DNA of 64,000 bases from Phycisphaerae bacterium (lineage in GTDB: Bacteria; Planctomycetota; Phycisphaerae; UBA1845; Fen-1342). The stretch covers positions 128,001-192,000 of the forward strand of contig CAXXWX010000015.1 of assembly GCA_963675745.2 (NCBI GenBank). The letters are read 5' to 3'. Positions 55,746 to 64,000 of this stretch are shown piece after piece. Each line of letters opens with the position of its first letter. Position 1 is the stretch's first letter. A model generated the notes under the pieces. The model saw only the letters and a list, made by a program, of their open reading frames with translations, was not told where the DNA came from and ran no database searches. Made by a program: the position numbers and the translations under genes.

Positions 55746-56408
55746 ATGCAGGCGACCGTACATGCCGTCTTTCTAATCGCATTCGCAGCCTCTACACCAC
55801 TGGCGCTGCTCGTGCTCAAGCGGCGGGCGCCGACCAGTCGGCAGTTCGTGATTGCGCTCGCGGTGGCGGCTGTCGGCACGGTCGTTGCCTCACCAGCGTT
55901 CATCCGGCATATGTGTCGCGAAGGCCAGCCGCTTGCCCCGTGGTTGATCCTCGGCCCGTGCCTCTTTCTGATCCTCCTCTTCGTCAACTCCGCCGCCTGG
56001 CGCCGCATCCTCGGCGTCGTCGTGTTTGTCGGCATGGTGAAGCTCTCGTGTCACTTCACCGACATAGTCCACATGCCGGGCTGGACCGGGAACCCCGACT
56101 TGGACTACGGCCCGGTCGTGCTTCGCAGCATGCGCGGTCAGGTCACTCTTGCGGCCGGTGATTCAGAAGATCCCCAGGACACCTACGCAGCAGGATGGCT
56201 GCGCGATCTCCCCGTTTGGCAAGACATCGTTAGCGAGCACGGGCGCGACAGGCGGCCACGAGCCAGGCGCCAGGTCGAACGGGCCTGGCACACGTGGCTC
56301 ACCGGCCTGTATCATTACACGTTGGTCCCGCGGGATTACTGGTATCCCGGCGGCCCCGTCGCGGAGGCCGGGCCAAAGCTGGAGCTGCGCGATCGTCCAG
56401 TGCCGTAA
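55746..56408 (+). CDS. Hypothetical membrane protein
   Basis: Four hydrophobic segments in the N-terminal half. Confidence 0.6.
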   Translation: MQATVHAVFLIAFAASTPLALLVLKRRAPTSRQFVIALAVAAVGTVVASPAFIRHMCREGQPLAPWLILGPCLFLILLFVNSAAWRRILGVVVFVGMVKLSCHFTDIVHMPGWTGNPDLDYGPVVLRSMRGQVTLAAGDSEDPQDTYAAGWLRDLPVWQDIVSEHGRDRRPRARRQVERAWHTWLTGLYHYTLVPRDYWYPGGPVAEAGPKLELRDRPVP

Positions 56409-56425
56409 CTCGCCGCCGCCCCTTG

Positions 56426-57529
56426 CTATTGCAGATATTCCTTTATTCGCGCTATGACCACGCGGTCGCAGTCGGCGCGCGATCGTGGTTTGATGCGTTT
56501 GTATTCGGGTTGATACTCGTTCTGAAAGTCGACGAGCACCCAGTCGCCGGCGCGGTCACACACGACGAAATGCACGCCGCGCACATAGTTGTTGCGCGGG
56601 CTGATCAGGTAGTCGGCCAGCAGCACGTAGTCCGCATCGGGTTTTTCCCTGGCGACAAACGTCTTGGCCGCGCGGGCCAGGTTCCACAATACGCGCTGCT
56701 CGTTGGACGAGCCGGCCACCTCGAGCAACGGCCCGTCTTTCAACGCCGTCGCCTTGCACAGACCGTCCGCGTTGAGTCCTTCGGCGAGGCGCGTCGCACA
56801 CTCGCTATCAACGGCCTGTCCGACGCGCGCGGGATACACGAGCACGCTGGCATCGGCCCCCTTCCGCTTCATCACCTGCACACGCTGCTCGATGGCTTCC
56901 CGTTCCGCCTTGTCCGGAAGCCCCGACTTGCGCTCCCAACGCTTCTCCATCTTTCCGCCATGCGCGGGCTGCTTGCCGGTGGTGTCGATGGAGAGCGCGT
57001 CGCGCAGACGCTCGTGCAGCAGCACGCAACACGTCATCGGATTACGCGGCTTCACGCGGTCGAACGCCACACACCCGGGCGATTGGACGTCTTTCCAGGC
57101 TACACCCCCCTTCTTGTCGGCGATCACAGCACGCACCGCCGAAACGCCGCTGCCAGGCGTGCCGACGTATTCGGCGTACAGGCCGTACTCGGTCTTGAGC
57201 TCTTGACTTTGGACGAACCCGGCAAAGGCGCTTGCCAGCGCGTCGATGTCGGCGTCGGTCGGCGCCTTGAACGCTGTGTCGGTCATTTCAAAAGCGCTGA
57301 AACCGTCGCGTTCCAACATCAGCCCCACGACATCGGCCACGTCGCGCGATGTGTCCCCGCCGAGACTGATGGGAAAGATTGTCAGCGAGCTCCCCGGGCC
57401 GAGTGACTTGACAGCCGGCGCATCGTCCGCGTTGGCCGCCGGCTCCGCCGCAGCGGTTGGGCCGGCGCTGGTCAATCCGGCGCTGCACAGCGCAACGAGC
57501 ATCCCCAGTCTCGCGCATCGTTCGAACAT
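56426..57529 (-). CDS. Hypothetical secreted protein with an internal duplication
   Basis: AGGAG RBS, signal peptide; SLTIFPISLG and SVLVYPARVG start two similar alpha/beta halves. Confidence 0.75.
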   Translation of the reverse strand: MFERCARLGMLVALCSAGLTSAGPTAAAEPAANADDAPAVKSLGPGSSLTIFPISLGGDTSRDVADVVGLMLERDGFSAFEMTDTAFKAPTDADIDALASAFAGFVQSQELKTEYGLYAEYVGTPGSGVSAVRAVIADKKGGVAWKDVQSPGCVAFDRVKPRNPMTCCVLLHERLRDALSIDTTGKQPAHGGKMEKRWERKSGLPDKAEREAIEQRVQVMKRKGADASVLVYPARVGQAVDSECATRLAEGLNADGLCKATALKDGPLLEVAGSSNEQRVLWNLARAAKTFVAREKPDADYVLLADYLISPRNNYVRGVHFVVCDRAGDWVLVDFQNEYQPEYKRIKPRSRADCDRVVIARIKEYLQ

Positions 57530-57556
57530 AAGCGGTCTCCTTGTCGGACGAGGGTT

Positions 57557-57578
57557 ATACTGTAAGCACATACTTACA
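57557..57578. promoter_or_regulatory. Putative TetR operator, copy 2 (TGTAAG-N6-CTTACA)
   Basis: atacTGTAAGcacataCTTACA, about 30 bp upstream of the 56426-57529 gene. Confidence 0.7.
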
Positions 57579-57601
57579 TTACGCGCAAATCAAAATGCGG
57601 C

Positions 57602-58204
57602 TTATCTGGCCTGCCCTTGCAGCAGCATGTGCCCGATCTGGCCAAACAGCCGCTGCCGTTGTTTCGTACCCAACAGGCCAAGTTCGCGGGTAATGCTGGC
57701 GACCGTTCCCAGGCCCACCAGCGCCCAGCCGACCAGGGCGGCATCGGGCTCGCGCCGCGCCGCATCGTCGCCGCGGTGCGCGCTGATCTGGTCGCGCACA
57801 AAGCGGTGGTAACGCCGGTACATCGCCGCCAGCGCCCGGCGCACGTCGGGATCATCTGTCTCGCTCAGGCCGGCGAAGACAATGCGGTAGTGGCCAAGCT
57901 GACCGTGGTGCCGCGTCTCGTGGTCCAGAAGTCGTTCGGCGGTCGATGCCGTCGCTGCCTCGTCATCCTCGACCGCCAGCAGCGCACGCCACGACTGAAC
58001 CGACTGGTCATACACATGCTCGATCGCGGCGATGAACATGGCTTTCTTGTCAGCCCAGATGCGGTAGAGAATGTTCTCCTGCACGCCGCACCGCCGCGCC
58101 AGCTCGGCGGTGGTGGTGCGGCGATACCCCAAGTCAGCGAACGCCAGCGCAATAACCGGGAGCAACTCCCGGCGTTTTGCTTGCATCTGACTCTCTCTGG
58201 GCAT
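57602..58204 (-). CDS. TetR/AcrR-family transcriptional regulator
   Basis: FADLGYRRTTTAELARRCGVQENILYRIWADKKAMF HTH; start 58204 or 58186. Confidence 0.9.
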   Translation of the reverse strand: MPRESQMQAKRRELLPVIALAFADLGYRRTTTAELARRCGVQENILYRIWADKKAMFIAAIEHVYDQSVQSWRALLAVEDDEAATASTAERLLDHETRHHGQLGHYRIVFAGLSETDDPDVRRALAAMYRRYHRFVRDQISAHRGDDAARREPDAALVGWALVGLGTVASITRELGLLGTKQRQRLFGQIGHMLLQGQAR

Positions 58205-58338
58205 CGCGTCAATCCAGATCATCAAACCGCAGCGGCCGCCCCCCAAGTCGGCCGTCACCGAACGGTCGTAGCCACCCCAGTACGCGGCAGCGGCAGGTCT
58301 CACGGAACTCGAACCGCCCTGCCGCCCTCCAGGCCTGC

Positions 58339-58370
58339 GCCATACTGTAAGTAACCACTTACAGTATGGC
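58339..58370. promoter_or_regulatory. Putative TetR operator, copy 1 (perfect palindrome, 14-bp arms)
   Basis: gccatactgtaagt-aacc-acttacagtatggc upstream of tetR. Confidence 0.75.
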
Positions 58371-58448
58371 ACATGCGCGGCCGGTTGTCAAATCATGCCG
58401 GCCGGAATCTGCCGGTGCGACTGCTGCGGTGTATTAACAGCGCGGGAG

Positions 58449-60254
58449 CTATCCGCCGGACACGCGCTGCGGCGGGTGTGGCGTGGGGTTCTCGCCGGGA
58501 TTGTCTGGCGTGCGGTAGCGGAGTGGTTCGGAATAATCAGGATAGGCGTGGCGCAGCGCGGCGTGTACCAGGCCGACGAAGAACGGCTGCGGGCGCAAGG
58601 GGCGGCTGGTCAGCTCCGGGTGCCCCTGCGTTCCCACGTAGTACGGGTGAACCGACTCGGGAAGCTCGTAAACGTTGCGCAGCTCGGACTTGGGCGCCTG
58701 GCCGGAGAAGATCATCCCATGCTTCTCAAGCGATTCGACGTAGCGCGGGTCCACTTCGTACCGATGACGGAAACGCAGACGCGTGCGCTCGCCGAACATG
58801 CGGTGCGCCAACGTGTCGGCACGGATCTCAACGTCGAACCCACCCAGCCGCATTGTGCCGCCGAGCCCTTCGATCTTGCGCTGATCCGGAAGGATGCTGA
58901 TGACCGGGTGGCGGCACTCCTGGTCAAACTCGGTCGAATTGGCGTCGTTCAGGCCACAGACGTTGCGGGCGAATTCGATCACCGCCGTCTGGAAACCCAG
59001 GCAGATTCCGAGGCAGGGCAGCCCGCTCAGCCGCGCTTGCTTCATACAGGCGATCTTGCCCTCGGCTCCGCGCGCGCCGAATGCCCCGGGGACAATAATC
59101 CCGTCAAGATCGGCCAGCTCCTCGGCCACGTTGGCGTCAGTGATGTCCGTCGTGTCGATCCATGACAGGTTAACCCGACACGAGAAACGCGTGCCGGCAT
59201 GCTCGAGGGCCTTGATGATGCTGGCGTAGGCGTCACGCACCGCCGTGTACTTGCCGGTTACGCCGATTGTGATCTGCCGGGACGCCCCGCGCAGGCGATC
59301 CAAATATGCATCCCAGGCGCGGCGCGCCTGCTGCTCGTGCCGCTCATCAAACTTGCTCTCGACTTGCAGCCACGTGCAGACCGCCTTGTCATAGCCCGCG
59401 CCGCGCAGCAGGTCGGGAATCAGGTACACGCTTTCGCAATCGTGCATGCTGAACACGCGCTCGAACGGCACGTTTGAAAACAGGGCGATCTTTTCGCGCA
59501 CCTTGCGGCTGACCGGGTTTTGCGCGCGGCAGGCGATAATGTGCGGCTGAATCCCGCACTCCATCAGGCGCTTCACGCCAAGCTGGGCCGCCTTGCTCTT
59601 CTGCTCGCCGAGTATCTGCGGCTCCATGACGTAGGTAAGCGCGACAAAGCAGACGCTGTGCTGGCCCTCCTCGAAGGCCAGTTGGCGCGTGGCCTCGATC
59701 ATGTACGCGTTTTCAACGTCGCCAACCGTGCCGCCGATCTCGACGAACACCACGTCGGCCTGCGTGGCCACGGCCAGCTCGCGCAGGTGGTTTTTTACCT
59801 CGCCGGTGACGTGCGGGATCATCTGCACGTCCCGGCCGAGGTAGCCGCCGGTGCGCTCGCGCTCCAGCACACGCCGATAAATCTGCCCGCTGGTGCAGAA
59901 GTTCAGACGGGCCAGATCCTGATCCAGCACGCGCTCGTAGGTTCCCAGATCCATGTCGCACTCGGTGCCGTCGTCGAGCACGAACACTTCGCCGTGGCGA
60001 TAGGGGTTTAGCGTGCCGGCGTCGATGTTGAGGTAACCTTCGAGCTTGATCGGCGCGACAGTGAGCCCCTTGTCTTGAAGGCAGCGGGCCAGCGACGAGC
60101 TGAAGATCCCCTTGCCCAGCCCGCTCATGACCGTGCCGAGCACGACCACGTACTTGGTCTGCCCCGGCTCATAGCCGGCCGGGAGTGGCGTATAGAACTC
60201 CGTATCGCCGGACCGATCGCGGATCGAATTGAGCAGCTCTTCAGCGTCCATCAC
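58449..60254 (-). CDS. pyrG: CTP synthase
   Basis: SGLGKG, NPYRHGEVFV, IPHVTGE, EIGGTVGD, GICLGFQ, RHRYE, GHPEL. Confidence 0.96.
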   Translation of the reverse strand: MMDAEELLNSIRDRSGDTEFYTPLPAGYEPGQTKYVVVLGTVMSGLGKGIFSSSLARCLQDKGLTVAPIKLEGYLNIDAGTLNPYRHGEVFVLDDGTECDMDLGTYERVLDQDLARLNFCTSGQIYRRVLERERTGGYLGRDVQMIPHVTGEVKNHLRELAVATQADVVFVEIGGTVGDVENAYMIEATRQLAFEEGQHSVCFVALTYVMEPQILGEQKSKAAQLGVKRLMECGIQPHIIACRAQNPVSRKVREKIALFSNVPFERVFSMHDCESVYLIPDLLRGAGYDKAVCTWLQVESKFDERHEQQARRAWDAYLDRLRGASRQITIGVTGKYTAVRDAYASIIKALEHAGTRFSCRVNLSWIDTTDITDANVAEELADLDGIIVPGAFGARGAEGKIACMKQARLSGLPCLGICLGFQTAVIEFARNVCGLNDANSTEFDQECRHPVISILPDQRKIEGLGGTMRLGGFDVEIRADTLAHRMFGERTRLRFRHRYEVDPRYVESLEKHGMIFSGQAPKSELRNVYELPESVHPYYVGTQGHPELTSRPLRPQPFFVGLVHAALRHAYPDYSEPLRYRTPDNPGENPTPHPPQRVSGG

Positions 60255-60312
60255 TTACCGCCTCGCCTCCCGATCGGGTCAGAACCATCCATGGCACACA
60301 CGGCCCATCGGG

Positions 60313-61083
60313 TTACCGCGCGCCGTCGCGATCAACATCGCCGTACCGTAGCACAAACCGCCGATAGTCCTCGGGCGTGTCAATTCCAACCGCAGACCGG
60401 TTGACACGCTCGACGGCGATTGGAAAGCCATGCTCCAGGATGCGTAGTTGTTCAAGCTTCTCGCTGGTTTCCAACGGGCTTGGTTCCCAACTCGCGAACT
60501 CCAGCAGGAAGTCCCGTCGATAAGCGTAGACCCCCAGGTGCAGCAGCCACATGGCACAAGTCGCCGCGCTCTCGGCCTGGCGGTCACGTGGATATGGTAT
60601 CAATGAACGCGAAAAGAACAGCGCCCGGCCCGCAAGATCGGTGACGACCTTGACCGCGTTGGCATCCGCGGGGTCACCGTCGGCCGGAAACGGACACGCC
60701 AGCGTCGCCGCCGGACAGTCAGGTTCACGCTCCAGACGGGCCACCAGGGCGTCGAGGTCATCCGGGGCCATCTCGGGTTCATCGCCCTGGACATTGACGA
60801 TGATGTCTTCCGGCCCGCTACCGAGACCGCGCGCGGCCTCCGCGATACGGTCGGTGCCGCTGGGGTGCGCGTCGCTGGTCATGACGGCCTCGCCGTCAAA
60901 CTCGCGCACCGCGTCCAGGATGCGCCGGTCATCGGTGGCAACGATACAGCGCTGGATGCGCCGCGCGGCACATACGCGCTCGTATACATGCTGAATCAGG
61001 TACTTGCCGGTTTCTCTGGCGAGAGGCTTTCCGGGGAAACGCGTCGAAGCGTAACGGGCGGGGATAATTGCAACGACACTCAT
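60313..61083 (-). CDS. kdsB: 3-deoxy-manno-octulosonate cytidylyltransferase
   Basis: IPARYASTRFPGKPL, SGTDR, NVQGDEP, FSRSLIP, HLGVYAY, LEQLR. Confidence 0.96.
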   Translation of the reverse strand: MSVVAIIPARYASTRFPGKPLARETGKYLIQHVYERVCAARRIQRCIVATDDRRILDAVREFDGEAVMTSDAHPSGTDRIAEAARGLGSGPEDIIVNVQGDEPEMAPDDLDALVARLEREPDCPAATLACPFPADGDPADANAVKVVTDLAGRALFFSRSLIPYPRDRQAESAATCAMWLLHLGVYAYRRDFLLEFASWEPSPLETSEKLEQLRILEHGFPIAVERVNRSAVGIDTPEDYRRFVLRYGDVDRDGAR

Positions 61084-61360
61084 GCAGCACACCCGGATTC
61101 GAGGCATCCTCAACCCGGGGCCGCATAATAACGGCTGGGCGGGCGAATGCAACAACGAACACTTCGAGCCGTCGCTCGGGGGGCACGACCGCCAAGAGCG
61201 GTCACGCCCGACCAGCCACGGCTTCTAGATTCTGCTTGCATTCGGCTGGGCGTCTGCGTATAAGCGCGCTTGAGAGCATCTGGGGTTTGCCGCGTCGGTG
61301 AGACGTGTGGGGCGAAGTAACCATGCCATCGGCGGGGCCACGGTCAAGGGAGGACGAATC

Positions 61361-63019
61361 ATGAAGACGCTCTGTATCGCCGCTGCGCTGGTTGGTATCT
61401 GTGCTTCTTCGCTCGCCGGTGAACCGCACAAGCTGATGCCGCCTGGCGTCGCGCCGGCCGGCCCGGCTCGCGTTCACACGCCATCAGACGCTTCCAAACC
61501 CCTAGCGTTCGATCCGCCGGCGGTCGCCTATTCAAACTCGATCAACAATATCTGGGGCTGCGATACCAGCGTGCCCGGCTGGTTTGCCGACGACCTTGAG
61601 CTGGTCGGCGGCGGCCTGCTCACCGAACTGAGCACGAGTTTCTGGAGCTGGCACCCTGAAAACCCCGAAGACCCGAACGTCGCAGCCGGCATTGTCAGTG
61701 CGGAGGTCACGATCGAGCTGCGCCGCGCGGACGACGACCTGTTGCTGGGCAGCTTCTCACGCACGCTCGACTATGGCCCCAACGACCCATTACTCCATAA
61801 CCAGTCGAGTATCTGGACGTTCACCGGTCTGGAGACCGAGAACATCCAATTGGCCAACCGCAATGTGCTGGCCCGCATGATCGTCAACAGCATCGTCTAC
61901 GACAATCCGGATCCCAACACTCACGGCGGCTGGGGGCAGATTGTCTATGTCGATCCAAACCACGCCTATTGCCAGGGCACGGTCTACACGGCGGTTGAAA
62001 ACCCGGTCGGAACCAGCAGCCAGTACTTCGACAACAACGAAGGACACTGGTGGTACGGCCCGTGCGTCGACGGCGGCACCTATCCGGGACAGGGCACACC
62101 CGGCAATTTCTACTGGGAGCTGAAGGTCGTCGAGCTCGAGCCGTTAGAGGTGATCATCGACCGCCGACCAGAGTTCCCGTCGCCGCTTGCGCGTTATTGG
62201 TTCGATCCGGCGATTCCTGATTTCGGCGGCGGAAGCGGGAACTGGCGGAGCGACCTGCCGGATTACGTCCCATTCGACGTGGGCTCGGAATACACACTCG
62301 CCGCCGACCCGAACTCGATGTCCGGCGAGCTGGCGTGTTTGGGCTGGGTTTTCCGCAAGGTGGGCGGCACGGTCGATCGCCAGCCGCTGTCCGAAACGCC
62401 CTACCCCGGCATCATCGCGACCGACTACGCCGAGCTGCACATGTTGTTCGAGACGCAGACGACCATAACGGTTGTGGATGGCGACAACACGCCGCTGAGT
62501 CGTCTTGTGACAATCGGCAACCGCGACCCGAACGACCCGAACAACCCGTTGATTCCGCTGCTCGATCGGCGGGGTCAGGGCAGCGCGATCGCGCCGTTCA
62601 CCCGATACTACAACCCGGTGATCGAGGTCCCGCCGTACAACAACCAGGTGGTCGTGTTCGAGGTGGATGCCGATCCGGACACCGAGGTGGTTGCGTCGGC
62701 GTGGACGCGCTGGGATGACAGCGTGCTGCTGCTCGACGGCGTCCGCAGCGGCAACATGGTGATTCACCGCTTCAAGGCCGCCGAGTTCACGGTCGCCGAC
62801 GCCGGGCCGCCGTGCCTGGAGCGGGGTGATACTAATTGTGACGGGCTTGTGAATCATGAGTTTGATGCTTTCGTTATTGCATTGACGATGGGGCAAGACG
62901 CCTGGGAGGCGCTGCCATCATCGACGTGCGACTTCTTTTGCGCCAACGACATCAATGGTGATGGATCAGTGAATAACGGCGATATCGACCCGTTCATTGC
63001 ACTGCTCACCGGGAAGTAA
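61361..63019 (+). CDS. Secreted protein with C-terminal dockerin-like repeats
   Basis: GGAGG RBS, signal peptide; GDTNCDGLVN and DINGDGSVNNGDIDPF. Confidence 0.8.
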   Translation: MKTLCIAAALVGICASSLAGEPHKLMPPGVAPAGPARVHTPSDASKPLAFDPPAVAYSNSINNIWGCDTSVPGWFADDLELVGGGLLTELSTSFWSWHPENPEDPNVAAGIVSAEVTIELRRADDDLLLGSFSRTLDYGPNDPLLHNQSSIWTFTGLETENIQLANRNVLARMIVNSIVYDNPDPNTHGGWGQIVYVDPNHAYCQGTVYTAVENPVGTSSQYFDNNEGHWWYGPCVDGGTYPGQGTPGNFYWELKVVELEPLEVIIDRRPEFPSPLARYWFDPAIPDFGGGSGNWRSDLPDYVPFDVGSEYTLAADPNSMSGELACLGWVFRKVGGTVDRQPLSETPYPGIIATDYAELHMLFETQTTITVVDGDNTPLSRLVTIGNRDPNDPNNPLIPLLDRRGQGSAIAPFTRYYNPVIEVPPYNNQVVVFEVDADPDTEVVASAWTRWDDSVLLLDGVRSGNMVIHRFKAAEFTVADAGPPCLERGDTNCDGLVNHEFDAFVIALTMGQDAWEALPSSTCDFFCANDINGDGSVNNGDIDPFIALLTGK

Positions 63020-63108
63020 CGCGACCACGGGGGCAACACCCACCGCCGGTCCCGTGGCCCGGTCCTTTTGGCGCCGGCCCGGCGAACCGACGGCGCTGAT
63101 GACCGAGA

Positions 63109-63137
63109 TTGACTGAGCGCGTCGGTGTGGCTAGCAT
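63109..63137 (+). promoter_or_regulatory. Putative sigma-70 promoter of tRNA-Val
   Basis: TTGACT-N17-TAGCAT ending 21 bp before the tRNA. Confidence 0.65.
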
Positions 63138-63158
63138 AGCATAACCTGCCATGTAGCC

Positions 63159-63232
63159 GGGCGTTTAGCTCAGTCGGCTAGAGCGCATCCTTCACACGGA
63201 TGAGGTCACTGGTTCGAGTCCAGTAACGCCCA
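63159..63232 (+). tRNA. tRNA-Val(CAC)
   Basis: Acceptor stem gggcgtt/aacgccc, D-arm gctc/gagc, anticodon arm catcc-ttCACac-ggatg, T-arm actgg-ttcgagt-ccagt; CCA not encoded. Confidence 0.96.
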
Positions 63233-63450
63233 CTTTTGTAGGTCACGCCGAACGTTTCGTTTAGCAAACCTGCCTGCGTCTGGTGGTGCGGCTCAGGGAT
63301 CCGCGAAAAACGGTACATACCGTTTTTGCGGCTCGGGCCGGCGCAGTCGTTCATGGCGCAAGGGGGAGGATGCGCGCTTCAGCCGCATCAACTGCCCCGC
63401 CGCGTTCCACGCATACTCCAGCACGTCGCCGGACGTCTTCGTCTGCTTCG

Positions 63451-64000
63451 TCAGCCGGCCGCTTGCAGCACGGCGAAGTCCTCCATGTCGCAGTCACCGT
63501 CGCCATCCAGATCGGCGGGGCGGCACCCGCCGCTCACCGGGGCAAACGGACCCGCGAGACACGGTGTCAGCATCGCCATGTCTTCCTCATCCACGTCGCC
63601 ATCGCCATCCACGTCGCCCAGAATGCGGTACTCGTAGGCGCCCATGTCTACGATTGGCGGCGTCCCGCCGCCGCTATCCGTCGTATTGGGGTCCTCGGCG
63701 AAGCGCGGGCTTCCTAAGAGGTCAAATGGCAGCGCTTCGGCCGTGTTGCCGTCGTCATCAAGGTCGGGCATGTCCGGAGGCACAGCCGAGTTGTCGCCCG
63801 CGTCGATGCAAGGCGAGCCGGCTGCCAGGCGGTGGTCGTTGTCCTCCCACGTATTCTGTTCGTCGTCGGGCCCATCGGGATCGACGAACACCGGATCGGC
63901 ATCAATGCAGCCAGCGCCGAACCAAGGCTGCCCAGTGCCGCCCGCAACGTCCGAGTACGTCACGGCTGGGCTGCAACCGTAGATCTCATCCGGCGAGTCC
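63451..64000 (-). CDS. C-terminal part of a secreted protein (beta-helix-type tail plus dockerin-like repeats), truncated by the window end
   Basis: IDADPVF, SPCIDAGDN, VDMGAYE, GDVDGDGDVD, DLDGDGDCDMEDF. Confidence 0.8.
   Translation of the reverse strand, partial: DSPDEIYGCSPAVTYSDVAGGTGQPWFGAGCIDADPVFVDPDGPDDEQNTWEDNDHRLAAGSPCIDAGDNSAVPPDMPDLDDDGNTAEALPFDLLGSPRFAEDPNTTDSGGGTPPIVDMGAYEYRILGDVDGDGDVDEEDMAMLTPCLAGPFAPVSGGCRPADLDGDGDCDMEDFAVLQAAG

Noticed and set aside
63159..63450. tRNA-anchored genomic island
   Set aside because: No integrase nearby and no duplicated tRNA 3' end noticed in the window.

Overview
High-GC chromosomal window, most likely from a Planctomycetota bacterium of Phycisphaerae type. 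This is inferred from dockerin-like DxDGDGDVD C-termini, DPN-rich secreted proteins, a zf-HC2/Ser-Thr kinase fusion and a sigma-70 with a long N-terminal extension. About 50 CDSs and one tRNA-Val(CAC) are visible; I found no integrase, transposase, CRISPR array or rRNA. Main blocks: (1) 1.1-12.2 kb, a purine/pyrimidine-type reductive catabolism cluster (DinB, PLP enzyme, ssnA, mocA, preA/preT-like pair, Mo-hydroxylase xdh, xdhC), in which the PreA homolog has substituted uracil-binding residues. (2) purC, and guaB bracketed by inverted arrays of 8-bp repeats. (3) A corrinoid methyl-transfer module (MetH-activation-like domain, cobalamin-binding protein, two UroD/MT2-family proteins). (4) A lipoprotein multiheme cytochrome with a (DPNxx)10 stalk. 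(5) P1B-ATPase, mltA, the unusual sigma-70, kinases, a CsgG-like lipoprotein, a Cys-poor Rrf2, HNH, STAS, HD-GYP, sppA, ugd, queD/yhhQ, a TetR with two matching operator palindromes, pyrG and kdsB. All calls come from reading motifs by eye; no database searches were run, and several start codons were re-chosen from the ORF track.
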